NCBI GenBank assembly: GCA_017556795.1
Contig: JAFYLZ010000001.1
Span: 55,499 to 119,498, forward strand
DNA length: 64,000 nucleotides
Reading direction: 5' to 3'
Source of the DNA: Candidatus Saccharimonadota bacterium
GTDB taxonomy: Bacteria > Patescibacteriota > Saccharimonadia > Saccharimonadales > Saccharimonadaceae
The notes below the pieces were generated by a model. It ran no database searches, was not told where the DNA came from, and saw nothing but the letters and a program-made list of their open reading frames with translations. Of this stretch, positions 1 through 9,038 are shown piece by piece. Position 1 is the first letter of the stretch. Each line of letters begins with the position of its first letter. The translations under genes and the position numbers were made by a program.

Positions 1-1310
1 CCGTTATCTTCCACTGTATAATCCATCGCTGGGGTTTCGACTTCTTCGGTTGAAACCACTGGGGCCATTGCAACGGCCGGATTACTATTGTTATCAATCG
101 CATCGGTCAACATATTGCCATAGGTGTTGTCTGGTTGTCCATCCATCATATCGGCTGCAAACTCAGGGGTTGGCGCAACTACCGTTTCAGAAGCTGGAGC
201 AGCTACTGGAATTTCCGCAGCCGGAATTTCCATTGGCTCAGTTTCTTGTACGTTCAACATTTCCCCACCCTCAACTGGCTCTACTGCTGGTTCCACTGCT
301 GGAATTTCAGCTGGCGCTTCAACCGGAGCTTCAACCGGAGCTTCAACTGGAGCTGGTTCTTCAACCGGCATTTCAACCGGCGCTTCAACCGGCGCTTCAA
401 CTGGAGCCTCAACTGGGGCTTCAACTGGGGTCTCTTCCTCATCGGTCTCCTCAGCATGCACCACGGACATCTGGTTTTCGCCACCGTTCATCAAGTTCTG
501 GAACACGGTGTTATCAACATCTGCCGTGATATTCTTGGCAATCAATTGCTGGTTTGCACCAGACTTCATCAACTTAGAAGCCGTCAACATCGTGGTTGGA
601 GTCGTCTTATCGTTCGAAAAACGATCGGTTGCTGCCACAATACCAGTTAGGAACGCAGTTGCCTCATCCTTCCCCACCGGGAAATCTGCACCAAAGGCAT
701 AGGCGAGCTCAGCCGCCATTTCGGAAATCGAACTCATATCCTGAGCGTTCCACTCAATCTCACCGAATTTACCCGGCTGACCGGTGGTCACATTAATGAC
801 TGTTGCATCATGCATAATACGACCGTGTTCACGCAGAGCGTCATCAAGGTCGATACCGTTTGCTACATCAAGCGCCACAACGAGGTCCACGTTGTAATCG
901 CCATAAGAGAATTCCAAATCTTCTTCACCAATCTTAGTGCCATACGGAGTGATGTAAACTTTCACATAGTTGCCATCGATTTTGTAGCGTAAGTGGTCTG
1001 CCTTGTTCTTATCAATCGCAATCACGAAGTCCTGAAGGGCATCCGTGGAGTTCGTAAACTGTTCTTCTGGTTTCAAAAACTCCAAAGCGTTTGGCGTCGT
1101 ACCGGAATAAATTGCCGTGGTACGTTTGCCCATACGGTCAAAATAAATCGAAAGACCGATTGCGGCAGCCAACTCATCAACCGAAGGATCGGATGATAAA
1201 GCAATCAAAACATTTTTCGCGTCATAGATTTTGGAAATAACATTGTTGATAGCACTGACGCTTGCGCCATCAATTTCCTCTGGATTTTGTTGTGTTTCTT
1301 CGTTTGGCAT
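1..1310 (-). CDS. DHH/NrnA-like protein with degenerate motifs and a Pro/Val/Glu/Ala-rich C-terminal tail (3' end runs off the window)
   Basis: Manually translated open frame from ATG 1310 to window start: MPNEETQQ...KNVLIALSSDPSVDELAAAIGL...VALDVA...TGIVAATDRFSNDKTTP; absent from the ORF track because it has no stop in the window. Confidence 0.8.
   Translation of the reverse strand, partial: MPNEETQQNPEEIDGASVSAINNVISKIYDAKNVLIALSSDPSVDELAAAIGLSIYFDRMGKRTTAIYSGTTPNALEFLKPEEQFTNSTDALQDFVIAIDKNKADHLRYKIDGNYVKVYITPYGTKIGEEDLEFSYGDYNVDLVVALDVANGIDLDDALREHGRIMHDATVINVTTGQPGKFGEIEWNAQDMSSISEMAAELAYAFGADFPVGKDEATAFLTGIVAATDRFSNDKTTPTTMLTASKLMKSGANQQLIAKNITADVDNTVFQNLMNGGENQMSVVHAEETDEEETPVEAPVEAPVEAPVEAPVEMPVEEPAPVEAPVEAPVEAPAEIPAVEPAVEPVEGGEMLNVQETEPMEIPAAEIPVAAPASETVVAPTPEFAADMMDGQPDNTYGNMLTDAIDNNSNPAVAMAPVVSTEEVETPAMDYTVEDN
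316..430. repeat. Imperfect 12-bp tandem repeat (gcttcaaccgga) encoding PVEA units
   Basis: About 9 consecutive copies; minus strand reads PVEAPVEAPVEAPVEAPVEMPVEEPAPVEAPVEAPVEA. Confidence 0.9.
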
Positions 1311-1467
1311 GTTTGTTTTTGAACCTCTTACCGTCCTATCTTAGCATAAGTTCTTTGGTTTGTAAAGAGGTTTTAGAGAGAAGAAAATAACATCTCTTTA
1401 CTTTTTTCTTAAAATAAGATATAATACTTCGAAAGTTATTAATTTTTAATCTAAATAGGAATTCTAA

Positions 1468-1881
1468 ATGCCGATTATCAAATCCGCAAAAAAGGCTGCC
1501 CGCCAAGCAACAAAGCGCACCGCGCACAATGTTGAAATCAAGAAGTCTATCAAGGCCGCTCTTAAGGCTTTCAAAGCCAAACCAACCGCCGAGAATCTTT
1601 CCAAGGCTCAAAGCGAATACGACAAAGCTGTCAAAAAAGACCTCATGAAGAAAAACACTGCTGCTCGTCGCAAAGCTGCTCTTGTCAAAATTGCCAAGAA
1701 GGCCGGTGTCAAACCAGCTGCTGCCAAAAAAGCCGCTAAGCCAGCCGCCGCTAAGACCGCTGCTAAACCAGCCGCCAAAGCTGCCGCTAAGCCAGCTGCC
1801 AAGAAACCAGCTGCTAAGACTACAGCGAAGAAACCTGCAGCAAAAAAGACTTCAGCAAAGAAAACGGCTGAAAAGAAGTAG
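1468..1881 (+). CDS. rpsT: 30S ribosomal protein S20 with Lys/Ala/Pro-rich C-terminal extension
   Basis: MPIIKSAKKAARQ...KKNTAARRK S20 signature followed by about 55 aa of KKPAAK-type repeats. Confidence 0.95.
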   Translation: MPIIKSAKKAARQATKRTAHNVEIKKSIKAALKAFKAKPTAENLSKAQSEYDKAVKKDLMKKNTAARRKAALVKIAKKAGVKPAAAKKAAKPAAAKTAAKPAAKAAAKPAAKKPAAKTTAKKPAAKKTSAKKTAEKK

Positions 1882-2425
1882 ATTTCATCTTCATATCAAG
1901 TTTAGAGAGTTCTTTCAGGACTCTCTTTTCTTTTGCGCCCTGGCGATATTCAAAATCGCGCGTTGCCTGCGACGCCATCAAGCCCACCAACATGTATGGA
2001 TCCTGCGTAGTTTCAATCTTTTCAAGCATCTCTACCGCTTTTTTGCCGTCACGCTTGGCAGTTTTAAAGATATCAAACACCAAATTCATGTCGACGTTTT
2101 CCGGCAGCTTAAATTCTTGGATTTTCACTTGATCTTTCAAAGCCTTATAAGCCGCCGAGCGTTTGTCGAGTTTCGTTTCAAACAAAATCACTTCGTGTGG
2201 AGTATTCAAATACTCTGGTAATTTGGCAAAAACTTCCTTGTTCTCGCCAAGGTCTTTAATCAAAATCTTGCGCTGCTCGGCAAATAGCGAACCGCCCAGC
2301 AAAATACTTGGTAAATCAGAGAGCTCAATACTGGCGCCCTCAAGCACTTCGTAATCATCAGCAAAGCGCGTCTTTACCGCTTGCTCAATTTTCAATCTGT
2401 CGTCACCGTAAAAAATTTCAATCAT
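1820..2425 (-). CDS. holA: DNA polymerase III delta subunit-like, shortened
   Basis: MIEIFYGDD start, SLFAEQRKILIK, KLDKRS and C-terminal LSKLDMKMKS...LLKSFLL; ATGA overlap with the mutM stop fixes the start at 2425; convergent with rpsT as in many bacteria. Confidence 0.75.
   Translation of the reverse strand: MIEIFYGDDRLKIEQAVKTRFADDYEVLEGASIELSDLPSILLGGSLFAEQRKILIKDLGENKEVFAKLPEYLNTPHEVILFETKLDKRSAAYKALKDQVKIQEFKLPENVDMNLVFDIFKTAKRDGKKAVEMLEKIETTQDPYMLVGLMASQATRDFEYRQGAKEKRVLKELSKLDMKMKSTSFQPFSLLKSFLLQVSSL
1904..1934 (+). terminator. Intrinsic terminator of rpsT, lying inside the holA CDS
   Basis: agagagt/actctct stem followed by a T-rich run. Confidence 0.55.
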
Positions 2426-3258
2426 TTTTGGCACTCCGGACAAATGTGGGTTCCCCGCCCCGCCACACGAATCTTCTTAATCATTGTACCGCAATTCGGG
2501 CACGGTGTTCCCTCTTTTCGAAAAACCTGCGCGAATTTCTCGAGATAATCGCCACGCGTGCCATCCGCTTTTACGTAAGTCGCCATCGTCGAACCGCCCG
2601 AGTCGATCGAACGCTGCATCACTAGTCTTGCGCCCTCCAAAATCTTTTCAATCTGCTTTTTCGTCAAATCGCCCGCGCGCTTTGCCGGATTCACCCCAGC
2701 GTAAAACAGCGTCTCGTCGACGTAGATATTCCCTAGCCCACAGATAATCGTTTGATCTAAGAGCACTGCTTTTGTTAGTGCACTTTTATGCCTCTTAAAC
2801 TGCTCGGCCAGCTCGTCCACGCTCATCTGCCACGGCTCTTTGGCAAGCTTTTTCACAAAAGCATCCTGCTCTACCTCTGAAGTCGCCATCACTTTGCAAA
2901 AACCAAACTTACGTTGGTCGTTAAAGAACAGCTTGCCGTTTTCAAATTCAAACACCACGCGCGTCTGCTTATTCGGTAACTCCGCCACAAAATTCTCGCT
3001 CGGATGCCCCGCCGCGTAGCGTTCTTCCCCCTGCCAGATCAGCTGCCCGGTCATCCTCAAATGGATCATCAGCGACTTTTCACCCTCAAAATCAATTACG
3101 AGCGCCTTGCCAAAACGACGTAGCCCCATCACCTCGCCCTTAATCGGCTGCCCAATAAACGACTTCTCGCATAGCACCTCTGTTTTTACCAATTTCTGGT
3201 GCAAAATAAACTTCGAAAGTCCCCTCTTAATCGTCTCAACTTCAGGCAGCTCCGGCAT
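2422..3258 (-). CDS. mutM: Formamidopyrimidine-DNA glycosylase
   Basis: MPELPEVE start, HLRMTG, GLGNIY, C-terminal CPNC...CPEC zinc finger. Confidence 0.97.
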   Translation of the reverse strand: MPELPEVETIKRGLSKFILHQKLVKTEVLCEKSFIGQPIKGEVMGLRRFGKALVIDFEGEKSLMIHLRMTGQLIWQGEERYAAGHPSENFVAELPNKQTRVVFEFENGKLFFNDQRKFGFCKVMATSEVEQDAFVKKLAKEPWQMSVDELAEQFKRHKSALTKAVLLDQTIICGLGNIYVDETLFYAGVNPAKRAGDLTKKQIEKILEGARLVMQRSIDSGGSTMATYVKADGTRGDYLEKFAQVFRKEGTPCPNCGTMIKKIRVAGRGTHICPECQK

Positions 3259-4242
3259 TTAGTTCTCCAATAGCTTACAGATTAACGCAATAATCAGCTC
3301 TTTTTCGGCCGGATTACTCTCAGCAATTAGTAGCGCCAACGCCGTCAAAGCGCGGTCCGAAATCTTCGTCTCGCCATTCGCCGTCAGGTGGTAGTTGTTG
3401 ATAGTCAAAAACACCACGAAAAGAAGTGCCCCGATACGCTTATTACCATCGTAAAACGGGTGATCCTTAATCACGAGGTAGAGCAGGTTCGCCGCCTTCT
3501 CTGCCAGTGTCTTGTACATATCCTGCTGCTCAAAGGTCTGGAAAATCGCCCCTAGCGAAGCCTTAAACGCATCGCCGCGCTCCTCGCCAAAATATTCGTC
3601 ACCCTTGATACTCTTTTTCAGATTCGAAATAATCTTCTGACACTCTTCCTCGCTAATCATCTTTACCGCTCGCGGCGACTTCGACTTAAACGAAATATGC
3701 CCTTCATCGTACTCCTTAAGTGCCTTAAAACTCGGCGTATATTTCGAAATTACCTCCAGAATACCGGTCGCCTCAATACCAGAGAGCTCACTCTCCGCCA
3801 CCAGACGTTTCACAATCCCCAGCGCCCCCTCAATCTCGCGCAGCTTCTTAGCATCTAGCTCACCTAGGCGTTTTTCGTTCACCGCCACTCCAGATACGAC
3901 ATAGGATTTTAACACCTTAGTCGCCCAGATACGGAAATCCGTCGCCTTGCGCGAATTTACCCTGTAACCCACCGAAATAATCGCATCAAGATTGTAGCTT
4001 CTAATCTCACGTTTAACCTGGCGATTGCCCTCCATGCGAACTTGTGCATTTTTTGCACAAGTTGCCGACTCATCCAGCTCGCCTTCCCTGTAAATATTGC
4101 GCAGATGTCTGTTGATAACCGAGCGATCCACACCAAAAAGCTGTGAAATCTGCTCCTCGGTCGCCCACAAGGTATCACCGGTGACGTTAAAAACTACCTC
4201 ACCCTCGTGAATCTGATAAATCTCAATCTGATTATTCTCCAA
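3259..4242 (-). CDS. RhuM-family N-domain fused to a Fic/Doc domain
   Basis: YNLDAIISVGYRVNS...FRIWAT (RhuM) plus HPFYDGNKRIG (Fic/Doc); TTG start 1 nt after the polA stop. Confidence 0.88.
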   Translation of the reverse strand: MENNQIEIYQIHEGEVVFNVTGDTLWATEEQISQLFGVDRSVINRHLRNIYREGELDESATCAKNAQVRMEGNRQVKREIRSYNLDAIISVGYRVNSRKATDFRIWATKVLKSYVVSGVAVNEKRLGELDAKKLREIEGALGIVKRLVAESELSGIEATGILEVISKYTPSFKALKEYDEGHISFKSKSPRAVKMISEEECQKIISNLKKSIKGDEYFGEERGDAFKASLGAIFQTFEQQDMYKTLAEKAANLLYLVIKDHPFYDGNKRIGALLFVVFLTINNYHLTANGETKISDRALTALALLIAESNPAEKELIIALICKLLEN

Positions 4243-4243
4243 G

Positions 4244-6589
4244 CTACAACTCTCCCCAGTTGTGGCCCACCGTTACATCAACCGCTAATTTAATCTTTAG
4301 CTCTGGCGCAACGCCTTCCATTGTTTCCTTCAAAATCTTCTTTACTTCATCTTGCAAAGCCTCGTCACACTCTACGATCAAAGAATCGTGTACCTGCATA
4401 ATCAGCTCTGCGCCCTTTGGCAACTTCTTATCTACCTCAATCATGGCACGCTTCATTAAATCGGCTTCCGTTCCCTGGATTGGCATATTCTGTGCTGCCC
4501 TCTCTGCCGCTGCTCGTACCAAGAAGTTAGACGACTTCACATCTGGGGTTGGACGACGACGCCCAAAGAACGTCTCCACATAGCCCATCTCGCGCGCTTG
4601 CTTCAAGATCTCCTCGAGTTTTCTCTTAATCGGCGCACGTAGTTCGAAATAACGATCAATAAAGGCCTTCGCATCCCCGATGCTCATCCCTGCTGCATCC
4701 GCCAAACCCTTCACACTCATACCGTAAAGCACACCGAAGTTAATCACCTTCGCCGCACGCCTTTGCGCCTTTGTTACCTGTTCAAGCGGCACACCAAACG
4801 CCTCTGAGGCCGTCTTGGTGTGAATGTCGATTCCGGCGTTAAAGTCATCAATCAAAGCCTTATCATCAGAGAGCACAGCCGCGAGCCTCAACTCAAACTG
4901 TGAATAATCTGCCGAGACCAAAACTCGTCCCTTTGGCGCCACGAAACCTTCCCTAATACGCTTGCCTTCCTCTGTTCTAACTGGGATATTCTGCAAATTC
5001 GGGTTCAAAGACGACAAACGTCCGGTCGCCGTCACATTCTGAGTAAAGGTCGTATGAATGCGCCCCTCCGTATCTGCCAGCTCTGGCATTGGGGTAATAT
5101 AGGTCGAAAGCAGCTTAGCCGCCTCACGGTATTCCATCAATTTCTCGATAATTGGGCTCTCGCCCCTTAACTTATCCAGCTCCTTCGCCCCTGTTGAATA
5201 TCCGCGCGAAGTCTTTTTAATTCCCTTGGTCGAAAGCCCCATCTTATCAAATAGCACCTCTGATAGCTGCACCGGCGAATTCACATTAAAGTCCACCCCG
5301 GCCATCAGCTGGATTTCACGCTCTTTTCTAGCTACTTCCTCGGTGTATTCGGCTTTGAGCTTAGCAAAGTAATCTCTATCAATCAGCATACCCTTCTTTT
5401 CCATTTTGAAGAGTACCGGAATCAATGGTTGGTCAAATTGAACAAATATTTTATACAGTTCTGGCCTCTGTAAAAAGGCTTGCTTCTGCGTCGAGTAGGC
5501 AATTTTGACATCCTTTTGTTCAATTTCGCGAGCCAAAGGATCGAGCAAAAATGCACCCTGTGCGAGGTCCCAAAATGGCATGCCCATCAAGATTTTGGTC
5601 GCCGCTTCCGTCTCTTCGTGCATCAGAGCCTTCACATCCCAGGCTACCACCGTATCTTTTGGCAATTCTTCGACTTTTACCTCTGTTTTGGCCGGCTCAG
5701 CTGTCTGTAAACCCTCTAATCCAAACTTACGAATCAGCGAATTAAACTGTAATTTCTTGAGCCTCTCTATCACTCGTTCCCTGTTAAACTCGAACTCCGG
5801 CACTGAGCTAAGCGACACCGGCGCATCAAACATAATCTGTGCCAGCTTCAGAGACATATAAGCTGACTCCTTCCCAGCCGCCAATTTGTCCCTGGTAGAG
5901 CCCTTAATCTCGTCCAAATGCTCGTAGATACCGTCCACACTACCATACTCGTTCAAAAGCTTCACCGCCGTCTTCTCGCCAATCCCTGGCACCCCTGGAA
6001 TATTATCCGAATTATCACCTTTGAGGGCCTTCAAATCGAGAAATTGCGATTTCAAGATGCCATACTTGGCTTCTACCTCTTTAACATCAATCTCCTCAAT
6101 CTCTGAGAAGCCCTTCAGGATACGATACATCTTGGTATTATCATCGACAATCTGGAGCATATCGAGATCCGAAGACACGATATAGGTCTCATACTCGCAT
6201 TTCCCATCTGTTCCCAAGGTCTCGTCTGCCTGTTTTGAGAGCGTACCGATAATATCGTCCGCCTCATACTCATCTACCTCTATAAAATCCCAGCCCAGAT
6301 CAATAATCAACTCTTTAAGAAGCGGGATTTGCGCATAAAAATCGTCGCCTGGCTTTACCCTGCCAGCCTTATAATCGGCAAAAATCGCCTTGCGCTTAGC
6401 CGAAGAGGTCCTCGAATCCCAAGCTACCACCACCTGGCTCGGATTTAGCCTCTTTACAATCTCCATTGCAATCGCGGCAAAACCATAGATTCCCCCTGTT
6501 GGCGTACCATCGGAAAGCGCCAGACTCCCCATCGCGTAGTATCCACGATAAAAAACTGATTTTCCGTCTATAATTACCAACCTTCTCAT
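4244..6589 (-). CDS. polA: DNA polymerase I
   Basis: 5'-3' exonuclease N-domain (IIDGKS, YKAGR, EADDIIGT, GDNSDNIPGV) and Pol A motifs (SADYSQFELR, RRAAKVINFGVLYG, QVHDSL). Confidence 0.97.
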   Translation of the reverse strand: MRRLVIIDGKSVFYRGYYAMGSLALSDGTPTGGIYGFAAIAMEIVKRLNPSQVVVAWDSRTSSAKRKAIFADYKAGRVKPGDDFYAQIPLLKELIIDLGWDFIEVDEYEADDIIGTLSKQADETLGTDGKCEYETYIVSSDLDMLQIVDDNTKMYRILKGFSEIEEIDVKEVEAKYGILKSQFLDLKALKGDNSDNIPGVPGIGEKTAVKLLNEYGSVDGIYEHLDEIKGSTRDKLAAGKESAYMSLKLAQIMFDAPVSLSSVPEFEFNRERVIERLKKLQFNSLIRKFGLEGLQTAEPAKTEVKVEELPKDTVVAWDVKALMHEETEAATKILMGMPFWDLAQGAFLLDPLAREIEQKDVKIAYSTQKQAFLQRPELYKIFVQFDQPLIPVLFKMEKKGMLIDRDYFAKLKAEYTEEVARKEREIQLMAGVDFNVNSPVQLSEVLFDKMGLSTKGIKKTSRGYSTGAKELDKLRGESPIIEKLMEYREAAKLLSTYITPMPELADTEGRIHTTFTQNVTATGRLSSLNPNLQNIPVRTEEGKRIREGFVAPKGRVLVSADYSQFELRLAAVLSDDKALIDDFNAGIDIHTKTASEAFGVPLEQVTKAQRRAAKVINFGVLYGMSVKGLADAAGMSIGDAKAFIDRYFELRAPIKRKLEEILKQAREMGYVETFFGRRRPTPDVKSSNFLVRAAAERAAQNMPIQGTEADLMKRAMIEVDKKLPKGAELIMQVHDSLIVECDEALQDEVKKILKETMEGVAPELKIKLAVDVTVGHNWGEL

Positions 6590-6595
6590 ATCTTT

Positions 6596-6604
6596 ATTCT
6601 ACCA
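6596..6604 (-). promoter_or_regulatory. Extended -10 box (TGGTAGAAT) 6 nt before the polA ATG
   Basis: Direct sequence; the same geometry recurs at many genes. Confidence 0.7.
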
Positions 6605-6605
6605 T

Positions 6606-6635
6606 AAAAAATAGAGCTCCCCAGGCTCTATTTTT
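6606..6635. terminator. Intrinsic terminator after pnp
   Basis: aaaaatagagc-tcccca-ggctctattttt inverted repeat with A/T flanks. Confidence 0.8.
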
Positions 6636-6643
6636 AGACTCTA

Positions 6644-8821
6644 TTAGTCGAGATTGCGCATCGAGAGCGACAAGCGACCTTTGTCGTCGATTGCCACGAG
6701 GCGAACGCGAATCTTATCGCCTTCGTGAAGGGCGTCAGTGACCTTCTCGAGGCGTTTATCAGAGATTTGTGAGATATGAAGCATGCCGTCCACCCCCGGG
6801 AGAATGTTCACAAAGGCGCCGAAATCCTTAATCGTCACGACAGTACCTTCGTAGATCTTCCCCACTTCTGGCTCCTCAGTTAAGCCACGAATCCAATCAA
6901 GAGCTTTCTTGATATTCTCTGGGTCATTACCAGAGACAGTCACGAGGCCAGAATCTTCGATATCCACCTCGGCACCAGTTTCAGAGGTAATCTTATTGAT
7001 CATCTCGCCACCCTTACCGATCACAGCACCAATCTTATCTGGGCTAATCATCAATTTTTCAATCTGTGGAGCGTACTTCGAAATCTCAGCACGTGGGCCA
7101 GGAAGAACAGATAGCATGTGCTCCAAGATGAACATACGGCCATCGTGGGATTGCTTCAAAGCCTTCTCCATAATTTCAACAGGGAGACCGTGAACTTTCA
7201 TATCCATCTGAAGAGCAGTAATGCCTTCGGTAGTACCAGTCACCTTGAAGTCCATATCGCCAGCAAAGTCCTCTGCATCCATCAAATCGGTCAAGACATA
7301 GGCTTTGTCGATATCTTCAGGGGTGATTTCCTGTCCTTTTGGCACATCAACCATGAGACCCATAGCCACACCAGAGACTGAGCGAATTAGCGGCACGCCA
7401 GCGTCCATAAGAGCGAGACATGAAGAACAGGTAGCGGCCATCGAGGTTGAACCGTTCTGAGACATAATCTCGGTAACGCTGCGGATAGCATATGGAAAAT
7501 CTTCCTCTGTTGGGAGCACTGGCATCAAAGCACGTTCAGCCAAGTAACCGTGGCCAACTTCGCGACGTCCTGGCGAGCCAAGACGACCACATTCACCTAC
7601 AGTGTAAGATGGGGCGTTGTAGTGATGCATGTAGCGGCGTTTGCCGTTCGTAACTTCCATCGTATCAACATCTTGCGAGTAAGAGAGTGGAGCCAAGGTT
7701 ACAATGTTCATAGCCTGGGTCAAACCACGGGTAAACAGAGACGAACCGTGAGTACGTGGCAAAATGCCAACCTGTGAGCTAAGTGGACGCACCTCTGTAA
7801 GTTTGCGGCCATCTGGGCGCACACCTTCTTCGATGATAGCGCGGCGCACTTCGTGGTTACGAGCAAGCTCAAAGGCACCAGAGTAATCAGCCTTGAGGTT
7901 GGCTTCGTAATCGGCGATTTTATCTTCATCAGTTTCGCCAGCACCAAGCTCGAGAGCGAACTCAGCGTGCATCTTATCTTCGTATTCTTTCAAAATTTGG
8001 CTGCGCTCAAGCACGTTACCACGAGCCTTCTTGCCAAGCTCTTCCTTGGCCCAGAAAGCGTCAACTTTCTCTTGAATTTCGTCTTTTGGCAAGACCAATT
8101 CGTATTCTTGTGCGGTTGCAGCAACCTTCTCAGCAAGTTCCCTTTGCAAATCTAGAGCTGGTTTCACATTTTCAACAGCCCAGTGCATAGCTTCAATCAC
8201 GGTAGCTTCTGGCACCTCTTTTGCACCAGCCTCAACCATCATGATTTTACCATCTTTACAGGCTACCACGAGATCAAGTGGTGAAGCCTCACGTTCTTCA
8301 GGGGTGAGGAAGGCCTTAAATTCGCCACCAAGACGACCAATACGAAGGCCAGCAATTGGGCCATCAAATGGCACACCAGCGTTCATAAGGGCAGCTGAAG
8401 CAGCAAGCATTGCTACACAGTCTGGACGGAAGGTTGGATCCATCGAAAGCACGGTGGTAACCACCTGTACCTCTTGGCGATAACCCTTTGGGAAGAGTGG
8501 GCGAATTGGACGATCAATCAAACGACCAACGAGAATAGCCTCATCAGCCGGCTTACCTTCACGCTTAATGAACTTGCTGCCGCTGATTTTGCCAGCAGCA
8601 TAGAACTTTTCTTCGTAATCAATAGAGAGTGGGAAGAAATCTTGCACCACTGGTTTTTGGCCAACCACAACAGAAGCCAAAATCACGGTTTCGCCATAAG
8701 TTGCGAGCACTGATGACGTAGTACGAAAACCAACCCTGTTAACCTCAAGAGTCAACTTACGACCAAGCCAGTCTGTCGACACCTGAAGGGTCTGTTTTCC
8801 AGTTGGATTAATAATATCCAT
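6644..8821 (-). CDS. pnp: Polyribonucleotide nucleotidyltransferase
   Basis: RLIDRPIRPLF, RREVGHG, NGSTSMA, GDMDFKV, KH and S1 domains. Confidence 0.98.
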   Translation of the reverse strand: MDIINPTGKQTLQVSTDWLGRKLTLEVNRVGFRTTSSVLATYGETVILASVVVGQKPVVQDFFPLSIDYEEKFYAAGKISGSKFIKREGKPADEAILVGRLIDRPIRPLFPKGYRQEVQVVTTVLSMDPTFRPDCVAMLAASAALMNAGVPFDGPIAGLRIGRLGGEFKAFLTPEEREASPLDLVVACKDGKIMMVEAGAKEVPEATVIEAMHWAVENVKPALDLQRELAEKVAATAQEYELVLPKDEIQEKVDAFWAKEELGKKARGNVLERSQILKEYEDKMHAEFALELGAGETDEDKIADYEANLKADYSGAFELARNHEVRRAIIEEGVRPDGRKLTEVRPLSSQVGILPRTHGSSLFTRGLTQAMNIVTLAPLSYSQDVDTMEVTNGKRRYMHHYNAPSYTVGECGRLGSPGRREVGHGYLAERALMPVLPTEEDFPYAIRSVTEIMSQNGSTSMAATCSSCLALMDAGVPLIRSVSGVAMGLMVDVPKGQEITPEDIDKAYVLTDLMDAEDFAGDMDFKVTGTTEGITALQMDMKVHGLPVEIMEKALKQSHDGRMFILEHMLSVLPGPRAEISKYAPQIEKLMISPDKIGAVIGKGGEMINKITSETGAEVDIEDSGLVTVSGNDPENIKKALDWIRGLTEEPEVGKIYEGTVVTIKDFGAFVNILPGVDGMLHISQISDKRLEKVTDALHEGDKIRVRLVAIDDKGRLSLSMRNLD

Positions 8822-8836
8822 GAAAAAATTCCTTTC

Positions 8837-8885
8837 TGGGAAAACATCAGATATGAGCCCCTATCTCGTATCTGCCGTCTTCCCA
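8837..8885 (-). promoter_or_regulatory. Long hairpin in the pnp 5' leader
   Basis: ugggaagac/guuuuccca, cagaua/uaucug and gag/cuc pairings between the TGGTATAAT box (about 8905-8913) and the SD. Confidence 0.55.
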
Positions 8886-9038
8886 ATGTTAATATTCTGT
8901 CTCTATTATACCATACTCTGCTGAAATTCCCTGTTTTTGTCCTACAAGAGCCATTCTCACCCCTGTTAACTATTGCAAAATAAGCAAAAGTGTGATATAA
9001 TAATAGGTGATTGTCGTATCCAAAAAGGAGGTGGTTAC

